From positions 112,281-176,280 of the forward strand of contig CAVTTF010000013.1 in assembly GCA_963737565.1 (NCBI GenBank): 64,000 nucleotides of DNA. Reading direction: 5' to 3'. Both the position numbers and the translations under genes were made by a program. Under the pieces are notes generated by a model that searched no databases, had not been told where the DNA came from, and saw only the letters and a list, made by a program, of their open reading frames with translations. Source of the DNA: an uncultured Actinomycetes bacterium. Its GTDB lineage: Bacteria > Actinomycetota > Thermoleophilia > Gaiellales > Gaiellaceae. This document shows positions 30,318 to 41,772 of the stretch, piece after piece (the first letter of the stretch is position 1; each line of letters begins with the position of its first letter).

Positions 30318-30875
30318 CTAGACGTGCGCCCGCCGTGTGCGCGCAGCAGCTCTTCCATCGCCTCGTCCCGGTTCTGCACGGCCGCGTCGAGGGGCAGGAA
30401 GCCGTGCCTGCTGCTCGGCGTTCGGATCCGCTCCTGCGGCGAGGAGCAGCCGCGCTCCCTCGACGTTCCGCCGGGCCGCGGCGCTGTGCAGCGGCTGGAC
30501 CCGCATCGGATTGTCGGCGACCGCGGCGGGATCCGCGCCGGCCTCGAGCAGCATCCCCACGGTTGGCCCGTCGGCGAAGAAGGCCGCGTAGTGGAGCGCC
30601 GTGAAGCCATCCGGCGAGCGAAGCGCGACGGCCCCGGGTTGGACCTTCAGGATCACCCGTAGCTCGTCGCTCCGGCCCGTGGCGGCCGCGTCGAAGACGT
30701 CGACGGTGCCGGCAGCCGCGAGGAGCTCCGCAATCGCGTCCTGCCCGACGTACTTCGCCGCCAGCACAGGTGAGAGACCGCGCTCGTCGCGGGCGTCCAG
30801 GACGTCGGGGTCGGTCGCGATCAGCTCGCGCACCCGCTCCTCGTCGCCCGCCTCGATCGCCGCGACCAGCTCCAC
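30318..30875 (-). CDS. Ankyrin repeat protein (frameshift near C-terminus)
   Basis: GFTALHYAA, LLEAGADP, PLHSAA, GFLPLDAA. Confidence 0.85.
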   Translation of the reverse strand: MELVAAIEAGDEERVRELIATDPDVLDARDERGLSPVLAAKYVGQDAIAELLAAAGTVDVFDAAATGRSDELRVILKVQPGAVALRSPDGFTALHYAAFFADGPTVGMLLEAGADPAAVADNPMRVQPLHSAAARRNVEGARLLLAAGADPNAEQQARLPAPRRGRAEPGRGDGRAAARTRRAHV

Positions 30876-30962
30876 CCCCCGGATAATGGCGCCCTGGGCG
30901 AGGGCGTGGGCGGTTGGGCGTGGGCGGACTCCCTGGATGCCGTTTCAGCAGAAGGGCTCGAG

Positions 30963-31844
30963 CTAGCCGACCGCATTCGCCGGTGCGCGATCCTCGAGCA
31001 GGACCGCGCGCAGCGCCTCGACGCAGAGCATCCCCATCGCCACCCTGGTCTCGCGGGTCGCGCTGGCGATGTGCGGTGTGAGCACGACGGTGTCGAGCTC
31101 GAGCAGCCCGTCATGGACGCGAGGCTCGTCCTCGAAGACGTCGAGTGCAGCGCCGGCGATGCGTCGCTCGCGGAGCGCCTCGACGAGCGCAGCCTCGTCG
31201 ACGACCGCGCCGCGCGAAGTGTTCACGAGCACCGCGGTCGGCTTCATCAGCGCGAGCGCGGCGGCATCGATCAGGTGACGTGTCTCGGGCGTCAGGGGGA
31301 CGTGCAGGCTGACGACGTCCACGTCCTCGAGGATCGGCTGGAGCGGCTCGCCGCGCCGGGCGAAGCGCGGCTCCAGGCCGAGCGCGTCGCCCAGCCGGGC
31401 CACCTCCCGCCCGATGCGGCCCGGCCCGACGATGCCGAGCACCTTGTGCTCGAGCCCCTCGCCGAGCATGAACTCCAGCGAGAACTGCCATGGCTTGCCG
31501 CCACGCACGAAGCGATCGCCTTCGGCCACGCGACGAAGCAGCGCGAGGATGAGCGCGATCGTCAGTTCCGCGACCGAGCGAGTGAGGACATCCGGCGTGT
31601 TCGTGACGACGACGCCTCTCCGGCTCGCGGCCTCCAGGTCGACGTTGTCGACGCCGACGCCGTAGTTGGCCACGACGCGCAGCCGGTCGCCGGCTGCCGC
31701 GAGGAACTCGTCGTCGACCCTGCGGGTCAGCATGGCGACGACCCCATCGGCGCCCACGGGCGAGTCGACGAGCTCGAAGTCCCGCGCAAGCGCCTCTGCG
31801 ACCGGCGCCGGCACCCGCTCCATCACGTGGACGCGCGGGGGCAC
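30963..31844 (-). CDS. D-2-hydroxyacid dehydrogenase (glyoxylate/hydroxypyruvate reductase-like)
   Basis: GVGVDNVD, GPGRIG, NTSRG, LDVFEDEP, PHIAS. Confidence 0.92.
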   Translation of the reverse strand: MPPRVHVMERVPAPVAEALARDFELVDSPVGADGVVAMLTRRVDDEFLAAAGDRLRVVANYGVGVDNVDLEAASRRGVVVTNTPDVLTRSVAELTIALILALLRRVAEGDRFVRGGKPWQFSLEFMLGEGLEHKVLGIVGPGRIGREVARLGDALGLEPRFARRGEPLQPILEDVDVVSLHVPLTPETRHLIDAAALALMKPTAVLVNTSRGAVVDEAALVEALRERRIAGAALDVFEDEPRVHDGLLELDTVVLTPHIASATRETRVAMGMLCVEALRAVLLEDRAPANAVG

Positions 31845-31847
31845 CTG

Positions 31848-32231
31848 TCAGCCGGAAAGGACGCGCGGCCGGTGCGAGGACGAGTAGACGTCCTTCCGCA
31901 GGATCAGCCCGTCCCGGACGGGGAAGATGTCGACCCCGTCCCACTCGAGCCGGCGTCCCTGCGGATCCGTGGCAGTCGCCGTCCATTCGCTGACGACGAG
32001 CTCGTTCCGGGCGTAGAGCCGCCGTCCGCGAAAGGCGAGATCGGGCCAGTTCTCGAAGATCCGCGCGAGGTGGGGCCCGACCTCGGCCCCCGTCATCCGC
32101 TCCCCGGCGGTGTGGTTCTCGAAGACCATGTCCGGCGCGTGGAACGCCACGATCGCCTCCACATCGTGCGCGTTCCAGGCCTCGTTGTACCGCTCGATCA
32201 TCTGCTCGAGCGCCGCTGCGGAATCGGTCAC
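31848..32231 (-). CDS. SnoaL/NTF2-like protein
   Basis: YNEAWNAHDVEAI...GVDIFPVRDGLI. Confidence 0.85.
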   Translation of the reverse strand: MTDSAAALEQMIERYNEAWNAHDVEAIVAFHAPDMVFENHTAGERMTGAEVGPHLARIFENWPDLAFRGRRLYARNELVVSEWTATATDPQGRRLEWDGVDIFPVRDGLILRKDVYSSSHRPRVLSG

Positions 32232-32252
32232 GGCCGCGAGTATCGCACGCGA

Positions 32253-32313
32253 AGACATTGACAAGCATCAATGTCTGCTGCTACCGTCATTCATCGACGC
32301 ATGTCGATGAATG
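32253..32313. promoter_or_regulatory. Two ArsR operator-like inverted repeats
   Basis: AGACATTGA-N6-TCAATGTCT (32253-32276) and CATTCATCGAC-N4-GTCGATGAATG (32288-32313) at the arsR start. Confidence 0.75.
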
Positions 32314-32645
32314 TGATAGACGCCCAATGTTGCCGGCCGCTTTCGGCTCCGCGCCTCAGCGCGACCGAGGCCGAGGCGACGGCGGCGCTGTTCAAGGCCC
32401 TCGGCGACCCGGCGCGCGTTCGGCTCGTCAACCTGCTCGCCCTGAGCGACGAGCCGGTCTGCGTGTGTGAGCTGATCGATCCACTCGGGCTGTCACAGCC
32501 GACGGTGAGCCACCACCTGAAGAAGCTCACGGCCGCGGGCCTGCTCCGGCGCGAGCAGCGCGGGGTGTGGGCCTACTACTCGATCGATACGGAGGCGCTC
32601 GCCCGCGTGGCGGCGCTCCTCGACGTGGAAGGAGCAGAGCGATGA
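32301..32645 (+). CDS. arsR: ArsR/SmtB family regulator
   Basis: N-terminal CC, FKALGDPAR, CVCEL, SQPTVSHHLK. Confidence 0.88.
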   Translation: MSMNVIDAQCCRPLSAPRLSATEAEATAALFKALGDPARVRLVNLLALSDEPVCVCELIDPLGLSQPTVSHHLKKLTAAGLLRREQRGVWAYYSIDTEALARVAALLDVEGAER

Positions 32646-33412
32646 CGACCACGGCAGACGACCTGCGCGAGCAGGTCCGGGCCCGCTACGCCCAAACGGC
32701 TTTGGCGGTAGTGAAGGGCGAGGGCGGGTGCTGCGGAGACGACGCGTGCGGCGACGGAGCTTTCGGCGCTGCTCTCTACGACGACGACGCGCGGGGCGAG
32801 CTGCCCGACGCAGCCCGCCTGGCCAGCCTCGGCTGCGGCAACCCGACGGCGGTCGCCGAGCTCCGCGAGGGCGAGACGGTGCTCGACCTCGGCTCCGGCG
32901 GAGGCATCGACGTTCTGCTCTCCGCCCGCCGCGTCGGCCCCACCGGCACCGCCTACGGGCTGGACATGACCGACGAGATGCTGGCGCTCGCGCAGCGCAA
33001 CGCCGCCGAGTCGGGCGTGACGAACGCGCACTTCCTCAAAGGCCACATCGAGGCGATCCCGCTCCCGGCACAGAGCGTGGACGTCGTCATCTCCAACTGC
33101 GTGATCAATCTCTCTCCCGACAAGGCGGCCGTGCTCACCGAGATCGCGCGGGTGCTCAAGCCGGGCGGCCGTGTCGGAATCAGCGACGTCGTCGCCGACG
33201 ACGAGCTCTCGCCCGCGGAGCGCGCGGAGCGCGGTAGCTGGTGCGGCTGCGTCGCTGGCGCGCTCTCGCGCTCGGAGTACGTCGCCGGCTTCGAGGCGGC
33301 CGGGCTCACGAACGTCGAGGTGCGGTTCACGCACGGCGTCGCCGACGGCATGCACGCCGCGATCGTCAAAGCGACGAAGCAGGTGGCTTCGCTTCCTCCA
33401 GCCGCTGACTGA
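32642..33412 (+). CDS. arsM: Arsenite S-adenosylmethionine methyltransferase
   Basis: [35 protein letters not shown]; ATGA overlap with arsR. Confidence 0.9.
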   Translation: MTTTADDLREQVRARYAQTALAVVKGEGGCCGDDACGDGAFGAALYDDDARGELPDAARLASLGCGNPTAVAELREGETVLDLGSGGGIDVLLSARRVGPTGTAYGLDMTDEMLALAQRNAAESGVTNAHFLKGHIEAIPLPAQSVDVVISNCVINLSPDKAAVLTEIARVLKPGGRVGISDVVADDELSPAERAERGSWCGCVAGALSRSEYVAGFEAAGLTNVEVRFTHGVADGMHAAIVKATKQVASLPPAAD

Positions 33413-36400
33413 GCTTCTGCAGGAAGAACCCGCCGGCGAGGAGAAGCGCGCCCACGGCGAGGAACGAGAAGGCACGGGTGACGGAGCTGAGCGCGCTCAG
33501 GTCGTAGAGGAAGAGCTTCGCGAGGCTGATCCCGAACAGGGCGAGCCCGCCGAGCCGGAGCGGGCGGGAGTCGCGCAGCAACCCGGCGACGAGGAGCCCC
33601 AGACCGACCGCGCCCCACAGCGCACTGACGGCGGTGTGGCCGCGCTCGAAGTCGGTCTGCACGGATGCGGTCGAGGCGCGCTCGGCGAGCTCGAGGATGA
33701 CGAGCGACGCGGTGTAGAGCGCCGAGGGCGGCCGAGATCCAGCCCAGCTGCGAGCGGAGCGGCGGCTGGAGCAGCGCGATCGCAGCTCCGGCGACGACGC
33801 ACGCTGCGAGCGCCCAGACGGAGCGGCCCGGGCTCTCGCTCGCCTGCAGCAGGTGCGTCGGAGGCGTCAGCGCAGCGAGCGTGACGAACGTCGTGGAGCC
33901 GAGGAGGACGAGTGCCGCCGTCCCCAGCCGCCGCTCCGCGATGCTGCTTCCAATCCACGCGACCCCGACCGACGTGGCCGCGTACGCGACGACGATGCCC
34001 CGGCTCTGGATGATCGCCGCCTCGCCCATGAGCAGCGCGATCAGGCCCGGCACCCACATCGCCGTCGCAAGGTTGCGCAGGCGCGGCTCACGTTGAGCGA
34101 GCGCCGCCAGGACGGCGAAGACGCCGGCGACGACGAGCAGGGCTGCGCCTGCCGCCCGGTCGCGCTCGATCAGCTGGTCGATCGCGACCGTGGCCGAGAC
34201 GAGCGCAACGGCCGCAGCCAGCGCGGACACTGCCGCCAGCGGCTCCTCGCGCGTGGACAAGGCGCGCACGAGCCAGCCGGCGAGTAGGACGGCGGCGCCG
34301 GCGACCAGCAGCTCGGCCGCTCCCTGGTTCGCCCCGAGCTCCGGCCAGTCGTAGCCGGCAGCCTTCCCCAGCGTCGCGACGAGCAGACCGCCTCCGGCCA
34401 ACTGCGGCACGACCCAGTCGCGGCGCGCGGCGTACGCGACTGCCACGAGACCCGAGACCGACCAGAGGATCACGGTCAGCATCTGCCCGGCATCGCCGAG
34501 CGCATCCGCCAGCGTGAGGCCGGCGGCGCCGAGGCCGAGCGCGCCGGCAGTGCCGGCGAGGGCGCCGCGTACCGCTCCACGCCCGCTCAGCAGCGTTTCC
34601 AACTCCTGCTCCCGCCCTGTAAGCGAGCCGAGGCGGGCGATGCCGCGCTGCTCCGCCGGCAGCAGCAGCGCCGAGATGGCTGCCGCGAGCCCCGCCGCGG
34701 CCACCGCGGCGGCGCCGGCCAGCCCCGCGGAGAGCTGCGGATACAGATCGGGCACGAGCGGGGCGGCGACGGTCAGCGCCTGCACGGCCGCCAGCCCGGC
34801 CGACGCCAGCGCGAACGGTACGAGCCTGAGCTCGGCCAGGCGCCAGGCGCCGACTGCGAACGGCAACGCCGCCGCCGCCCAGGTCACGGCCAGCCACGCT
34901 CCGGACAGAAGGTCGGAGACAGCGACGGCAGCGAGCGCGAACGCGCCCGCTGCGAGCAGCGCGCGGAGGTCGACGCGCGCGCGGCCGAGCCACGCGTGCA
35001 GGGGCTCGAGGACGGCGAGGACGCCTCTCGAGACTCTGGCCGCTTCCGCTGGAGCGAGCAGGCCGGCCGCCAGCGCGGCAACCGCGGACGCGGCAAGACC
35101 AAAGGCCGCCTCTCCGCCGGAGGCAACCCCGTCCGCCCACTCTGACTGGACGGCGAACGCCTCGACGAGCGCGACACCGAGATACGCATACGCGCCGAGC
35201 AGGAATCGGCGCTCGCGGAGCCTGTGCGCGATCGCGCTAGCGAGCATCGACTGGGCCGCGAAGACGATGGCGAGCGACGTCCCCGACAAGAGGTCGGCCG
35301 TCGCGACGCCGGCGAGCAGGAGCGCGCCGGCGCCGAGCACGTAGGCCAGGTCGAGCGCCCGGCGTACAAGCAGCGTCCCGGCGATCCCGAGGCCTGCGGC
35401 CACGGCGAACAGTGCGATCGCCTGGTCGCTCTCATCCGGATAGAGCTGAACCGCAGAGCCGAGTGAGACGGCAACGGCGGTGGCGGCGAGGCTGCCGGCG
35501 AGACCGTCGAGCCCTTCATGGCGGAGCGCGAGCTGCCACGCGGCGGCCGCACCGACGAGCAGCGCAGCTACCACCGCGGCCACGACAGCAGCCGCGGTGT
35601 CGCCGGCGTCGGCGGCGCCGACCATCCAGACGACCTGCATTACGGTGACGGCAGCGCCGGCGACGAGCAGCCGCTCCCACTGCCGCCGTGTCGCGACGAC
35701 GGCGAGGGCCGCGAAGACGACGGCCGCGAACACGGTTCCCGCCGCGCTGACGCCCTCGTCGAGCGCCAGCGCCGCGGGCGAGAGAGCAGCTCCAAGGAAG
35801 CCGAGCGCGGCCAGCGCCTGGGACGACCAGGCGAGCGCGACGACCACGCCCGCGGCCGCGATCCCGGCCGCCGCGACGAGCGCGCCGGCCGCGGGCAGGA
35901 GTCCGTACAGGATCGTCGCGGCAGCGAGGGTCGCGTAGCCGCCCGCGATGCCGGCACCGCAGGCGGCGAGGGCGGCGTGCAGCTGGCCGTAGCGGCGGTG
36001 CACGACGATCCCCGCGACGAACAGGAGTACCGACGCGGCCGCACCGAGCGAAACACGGGCGAGGGGGCCGATCCACCCGCGGTTCGTGGCGAGCACGAAG
36101 AAGAAGACGATGCCGAGCAACATCACGACGCCACCCGCGAGCGCTACGCCGCGGGCGCCGAGCAGGTCCCAGTCGGCTGCCAGCTCGGCGAGCGTTTTCT
36201 CTCGCGGCTTCGGCTTCGGCGCAGGAGCGGTTCGGCGCGGAACCGGCTTCGCGGTCGGCTCCGCGACCGCCGTCGTGGGTGCCGGGAACGGAGCCGAGGC
36301 CGCGGGCGCCGTGGCTGGTCCCGCGACGGCACGCGCGTACTCGGCCAGCCGGTGCGCATACGCCTCCCAGGCCGGGTCGGCGGCGGGAGCGATCCGCTCC

Positions 36401-36636
36401 GCCTCGGCGGCCAGCGCCCAGAGCGTGGCTGCGTCCTTCTCGGCCTGCGCCCGACGGACGGCGTCGGCGAGTGCCTTCAGACGCGCCTGCGAGCTGGAGG
36501 GTGCGGCCTCCGTCCGCGCAACGACCGGCGCCTGTTGTTCCGCGCGCGCAAGCGCCCGCAGCTCGGTGAGCTCCTGGTCCAGGGAGCGGAGCTTGCGCTC
36601 GAGCTCGTCGATCCGGGCGGTCAGGTCGGCGCTCAT
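33366..36636 (-). CDS. Large DUF2339-like multi-pass membrane protein (frameshift ~33720)
   Basis: N-terminal coiled coil, GIVFFFVLATNRGWIGP..RV, many TM segments, C-terminal KLFLYDLSALSSVTRAFSFL. Confidence 0.8.
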
Positions 36637-36785
36637 TCCTCTCGGCCTCGATCGTCGAACACGCGGCTAACCGGGGACCAACACCACGCTATGCAGCTGT
36701 TGCCCATGTTGCGAAGGCTGCCATGCGGGCCAGTCGGCGCCTACCGGGCAGACGCTGATCTCGCCTCGGGGCATACCCGGAGGCG

Positions 36786-37553
36786 TCAGAGGCGCGCGAG
36801 ACGGCCGGTGACGGCCAGCCACGGCGGCAGCGAGGGGTCGATCACCGCGAAATGGTCGGCGCCGTCGACCTCGACGAGCTCGACTGCGTCGCCCGCGGCG
36901 CGAGCGGCAACGGCGTAGGCCGCGCTCTGGGACGGTGGGACTACGTCGTCCAGCCGGCCATGAACGAGCTGCTGCGGGACTCCGAGTGGGACGAGCGCAG
37001 CGGGCGACGCGAAGGCGTAGCGCTCGGGAACCTCCGCCGGCGAGCCGCCCAGGAACGTCTCGCAGGCCCCGTCGCCAAGTCCTTCCTCCGCGCCGCGGAT
37101 GAGATCGGCGACGCCTGCGAGCGAGACGGCGAGCCGCAGCCGGACGCGAGGGCGGGCGCCGGGAGCTTCGGCCGGCAGCCGGTTTCGGGCAGCGAGCCAG
37201 AGCGCAAGCTGCCCGCCCGCCGAGTGGCCGACCGCGGCGACGCGACTCACGTCGGCGTCGGGCACGTCGACTAGGGCGTCGACGGCGGCGGCCACGTCGG
37301 CGAGCGTCCCCGGCCAGCCGCCACCGTCCTGGCCGACGCGGCGGTACTCGACGTTCCAGGCGAGGAAGCCCCGAGCGGCGAGGTCGTGCGCCAGCGGCGT
37401 CATCAGCGTCCGATCCCAGCCGTCGCGCCAGAAGCCGCCGTGCAGGAGGACGACCACGGGCCAGGGGCCGCCGCCGGCCGCGGGAGCGTGGAGGTTCGCG
37501 ACCTGGTCGGGATGGTCGCCGTAGCGGACGACCGGCGCCGGCGGGAGCGTCAC
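36786..37553 (-). CDS. Alpha/beta hydrolase (HGGxW, GHSAG; arylformamidase/esterase-like)
   Basis: HGGFW, EYRR, GHSAGG, HGRLDDVVP, DHF. Confidence 0.88.
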   Translation of the reverse strand: MTLPPAPVVRYGDHPDQVANLHAPAAGGGPWPVVVLLHGGFWRDGWDRTLMTPLAHDLAARGFLAWNVEYRRVGQDGGGWPGTLADVAAAVDALVDVPDADVSRVAAVGHSAGGQLALWLAARNRLPAEAPGARPRVRLRLAVSLAGVADLIRGAEEGLGDGACETFLGGSPAEVPERYAFASPAALVPLGVPQQLVHGRLDDVVPPSQSAAYAVAARAAGDAVELVEVDGADHFAVIDPSLPPWLAVTGRLARL

Positions 37554-37566
37554 GCGCGCCACTCGC

Positions 37567-37614
37567 CTTGCAACACAGTGTTGCTTGCCGGCGCTTGCAA
37601 CACGGTGTTGCTTG
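37567..37614. repeat. Tandem 21-bp repeats, each with a palindromic core
   Basis: CTTGCAACACAGTGTTGCTTG and CTTGCAACACGGTGTTGCTTG, 27-bp period. Confidence 0.85.
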
Positions 37615-37623
37615 GCTGCGGTG

Positions 37624-38773
37624 TCACGCCAGCAGGCGGCGGTGCTTCGCGAGCGCCTCGAGCACGCGGTCGACGTCCTCCTCGACGTTGTAGAGGTGGA
37701 GCGAGATGCGCAGGTTGCCGTCGCGGGAGGAGGTGACGATCCGCTCCGTCGCGAGCGCCGCAACGAGCTCGTCGGCGTCGGTCGACGTGACGCAGATCAG
37801 CGCGCCATGGTGCTCGCTCGCGCCGGGGCGTCGCGACTGTCGGCGCCGAGCTCGTCGAGCCCTGTGAGCAGCCTCCGGTTGAGAGTGCGGACGTGCGCCT
37901 CGATCGCCTCCACCCCGGCCTGCTCCACGATCGCCATCCCGGCGAGACCCCCGTAGATGCTCGGCACCGGCGGCGTGCCCGCGTCGAAGCGGCGGGCGCT
38001 CGCGTGGGGCGAGTAGTCCGAGATGTCCATCCGGAAGATGTCCTCGTCGGCGAACCAGCCCGTTTGCGTCGGGCAGGAGGCTCTCCGCCAGCTGACCGCG
38101 GCAGTAGAGAAAGCCGAGCCCGGCCGAGGCGAGCAGGTACTTCACGGTCCCGGCGGCGAGGAAGTCGACGCCGAGAGCCCGCGCGTCGAGCGGGATCGAC
38201 CCGGCCGCCTGGTAGGCGTCCGCGAACACGAACGCTCCCCGGTCGTGGGCGATCCGCGCGATCTCGGCGACGTCCAGGCGGACCCCGGTCCGGTAGGAGA
38301 CGCCGTGCAGCAGACGAGCGCCGTGCGCTCGTCGATCGCCTCCTCGAAGCGCTCGAGCGGGATCGTCCCGTCGTCGCCGGGCCGGACGTGCACGACCTCG
38401 GCCCCGCGGAGCTCCTGCGCGTGCGCGATCTGTCCGACGGTCGGGAACTCGAGCTCGGTGATCACGATCCGGCGCCGCTCGCCCGCTCGAGCGGGAGCGC
38501 GGAGACGACACCGCTCACGCCCTGGGAGACGGACGTCGTGACGGCGACCTCGTCCGGCGCGGCGCCGACGAGCTGCGCGAACGCCGCGCGGGCAGCCTCC
38601 GCGCGCTCGACCCAGTGCTCCCATTCCGCGCCGTGCGCGTCCCAGCCGTCGAGGTAGGCGCCGTAGGCCTCTCGGACGTCGATGGAGAGCGCGCCCTGCG
38701 AGCACGAGTTGACGTAGGTCGTGTGCTCGAAGATGGGGAAGCGTTCGCGAACGTCTGCGCCGACGCCGGTCAT
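37624..38773 (-). CDS. Class V PLP-dependent enzyme (kynureninase/cysteine desulfurase-like; several frameshifts)
   Basis: YVNSCSQG, ELEFPT, DAYQAAG, GTVKYL, RFDAGTP and RISLHLYN spread over frames. Confidence 0.8.
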
Positions 38774-39510
38774 CGACCGAGGTATGCCTTCCGCAGCTCG
38801 TCGTGCTCGAGGAGCTCCGACGCCTTCCCTTCGAGCACGACCCGCCCGGTCGAGAGGACGTAGCCGCGGTCGGCGATCGAGAGCGAGACGTTCGCGTTCT
38901 GCTCGACGACCAGCATGGCGACGCCCGATTCGTGCACCTGCTGGATGATCTCGAAGGTCCGCTCGACGAGGATCGGCGCGAGGCCCATCGAGGGCTCGTC
39001 CATCAGCAGGAGCTTCGGGCGCGACATCAGCGCGCGGCCCATCGCGACCATTTGCTGCTCGCCGCCCGAGAGCGTTCCGGCCAGCTGCTTACGGCGCTCA
39101 TAGACGCGCGGGAAGAGCGAGTAGACCCGCTCGAAATCCTCCGTCAGATCGGCACGGCCGCGGAGGTAGGCCCCCAGCTCGAGGTTGCCTCGGACGCTCA
39201 GCGGCGCGAACAGGCGTCGGTTCTCGGGGACGATCGCGAGGCCGCGCTTGATGCGGTGAGCGGTGGCGACACGCGTGACGTCTCGACCGTCGAGCGAGAC
39301 CGTGCCTGCGCGCGGCCGGACGATCCCGAGGATCGTCTTCAGCGTTGTCGACTTGCCGGACGCGTTCCCGCCCAGCAGGCAGACGAGCTCGCCGTGGCCG
39401 ATCTCGAGCGTGACGTCGCGGAGGATGTGGATCGGCCCGTAGAACGTGTCCACGCCGGCGAGGCGAAGGAGGGGCGCAGGAGCCGGCACGGGTGCGGCCG
39501 CCGCGTTCAC
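38770..39510 (-). CDS. Branched-chain amino acid-type ABC ATPase (LivF-like)
   Basis: GGNASGKS, LSGGEQQM, MDEPSMGL. Confidence 0.9.
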   Translation of the reverse strand: MNAAAAPVPAPAPLLRLAGVDTFYGPIHILRDVTLEIGHGELVCLLGGNASGKSTTLKTILGIVRPRAGTVSLDGRDVTRVATAHRIKRGLAIVPENRRLFAPLSVRGNLELGAYLRGRADLTEDFERVYSLFPRVYERRKQLAGTLSGGEQQMVAMGRALMSRPKLLLMDEPSMGLAPILVERTFEIIQQVHESGVAMLVVEQNANVSLSIADRGYVLSTGRVVLEGKASELLEHDELRKAYLGR

Positions 39511-40314
39511 GTGCGCGCCGCCCCGCCGGTACCCAGGTACGCCTCCACCACCCGGGGGTTGGTCGCGACGGCCTCGAACGTCCCTTCCGCGATCTTGACG
39601 CCGTGGTCGAGGGCGACAACGCGATCGGAGATCCCCTCGACGACGTGCATGTCGTGCTCGATCACGAGGATGGTGTAGCCGCCCTCCTCGCGGAGCTTCG
39701 CGATCAGCTCGGTGATCTCGTGCGTCTCGACGGGGTTCATGCCCGCAGCCGGCTCGTCGAGGAGGAGGAGGCGAGGATGTCGTTGCCGTCGCGCGCGCGA
39801 TCTCGAGCCGGCGCCGGTTCGCGTACGAGAGGCTGTACGCGGGCTGGTCCCAGCGGTAGCCCGCGAGCCGCTCGCCGAAGAAGGCGAGCTGCTCTTCCGC
39901 GTCGCGCTGGATCTGCCGCTCCTCACGGCGCATGCCGGGCGTCCGCAGGGTGGAGCGGAGGATGCCGGCCTTCGTCCGGCCGTACGCAGCCGCCATCACG
40001 TTCTCCTTGACGGACATGTTGAGGAACAGGCGCAACGTTTGGAAGGTGCGCGCGATCCCGCGGCGCGTGATCGCATGCGGCGGCAAGCCGACGATCGGCT
40101 CGCCGTCGAAGACGATCTCTCCGGAGTCGGGCGGGTAGACGCCGGTGACGATGTTGAAGAGCGTCGTCTTCCCCGCCCCGTTCGGCCCGATCACGCTGAC
40201 GATCTCGCCGGCGTTCACATCTAGGTCGAGCTCGGAGATGCAGAGGAGGCCCCCGAACGACTTGCTGACGTCGCGGAGGGCGAGAAGCGGCGTCTGTGAG
40301 GTTGGAACGGCCAT
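39507..40314 (-). CDS. Branched-chain amino acid-type ABC ATPase (LivG-like; frameshift ~39780)
   Basis: GPNGAGKT, ARTFQ, LLDEPAAG, IEHDM. Confidence 0.88.
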
Positions 40315-41736
40315 CAGACGATCTCCACGCGCTGGGTTCCCAGCAGCCCTTGCGGCCGGGCCGCCATCAGCCCGATCAGCAGCGCCCCGATCAGGATGTA
40401 CCGCGCGATCGCGGGTTGCGGCAGCATCGCGCTCTCCCACATGCAGACCGCAAGGTAGAGGACGGGTGGGAAGGCGACGAGGCGCCGCCAGCCGCGCAGC
40501 ATGGTCAGCGAAAGGACTCCGGCGATCAGGACGAGGAACATGATCCGATTCCAGGTGACGGGGTCGGCCGGGAGGATCACCCAGCCCTCCGCGAGCTCGT
40601 CGAGACGAGTCCCGCCCACAGTGGTGCCCTCGACTCCCTCTGGCCAGAGTTGCTCGACCACGGCATGAGCAACGACGCCGAAGACGAGAGTCGCCGCAGC
40701 GACGGCAGCCCAGCGCCACAGCGGCCGGATCACTGCGAGCGTGACGACGAGCGCCGTGAGGAAAAAGACGATGCTCGCGTCGTCGGGCTCGCGCAGAACC
40801 TCGAGCGCGACATTGAGGACGATCGCGCCCAGCATCACGCCCGCCAGGCTGCCGAGGCCGCCGAGGATCACCATCGCGTACACGGTGATCAGCACGGTCA
40901 GGTCGAAGTCGACGGGAAACACCGCGCCGTGCGACGCCGCGAGGATCGAGCCGGCCAGGCCCGCCACGGCGGCCCCGTACGCGAATGCGGACAGCTTCAG
41001 CCAGCGCACGCGCATCCCCATCAACTCGGCGGCCAGCACGTCCTCGCGCTGCGACCGCCAGCCGCGGCCGACGCGTGAGTTGTTCACGAGGTACATGGCC
41101 GCCAGCAGCAGGACGATGGCGCCGACAGCGACGAAGTAGTACGCGTCGAGCGAGTCCAGCTCGACACCGAAGAACTCGAACGGGTCCACGGTCGAGATGC
41201 CGTTCGGGCCATTGGTGATGTGCCACTCGGGCGCGATCTCCCAGAAGGCGAAGTCCGGGCTGTCGATGTTGATCGACAGCGTCAGGAACATCTGCAGGAA
41301 GAACAGCGTAACGATCGCGAAGTAGTCGCCGGACACCCGCCACGAGGTCAGGCCGAGCAGGAGCCCGAGCGCCGCCGTCGCGAGCACCGCAACCGAAACG
41401 GCCCACTGCGCCGACCAGTGGACTCCGAACTGCTCGGAGGCGAGCCAGGCGTAGACGTACGCCCCGAAGCCGTAGAAGGCGACGTAGCCCAGGTCGAGCA
41501 TGCCGGCCCAGCCGAGCGTCACGTTCAGCCCGAGCGCGAGGATGATGAAGACGAGCGTGTCGAGCGCCGACCTGCAGCTTGTAGTCGTCGCTCGTCAGAA
41601 GCGGGAAGATCGCGATGGGGATCACGATCGCGGCGTAACGGACCGCCGGAGGAAGCCGGTTGAACGGCGGCCAGGCGCGCGACCTCGGCGAGGCTCGTGC
41701 GCGACGTTCTCGGCCCCTCGCGCTTGACGACTCCAT
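40314..41736 (-). CDS. ABC permease (LivM-like; frameshift ~41565)
   Basis: GMLDLGYVAFYG, GDYFAIVTL, MVILGGLGS, RPQGL. Confidence 0.88.
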
Positions 41737-41772
41737 TCGTCGCGACCGATGCCGGGGCCCTGCGATCGGCGC

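Noticed and set aside
33235-33262. Selenocysteine in ArsM
   Set aside because: The WCGC motif is encoded by TGC codons and there is no in-frame TGA.
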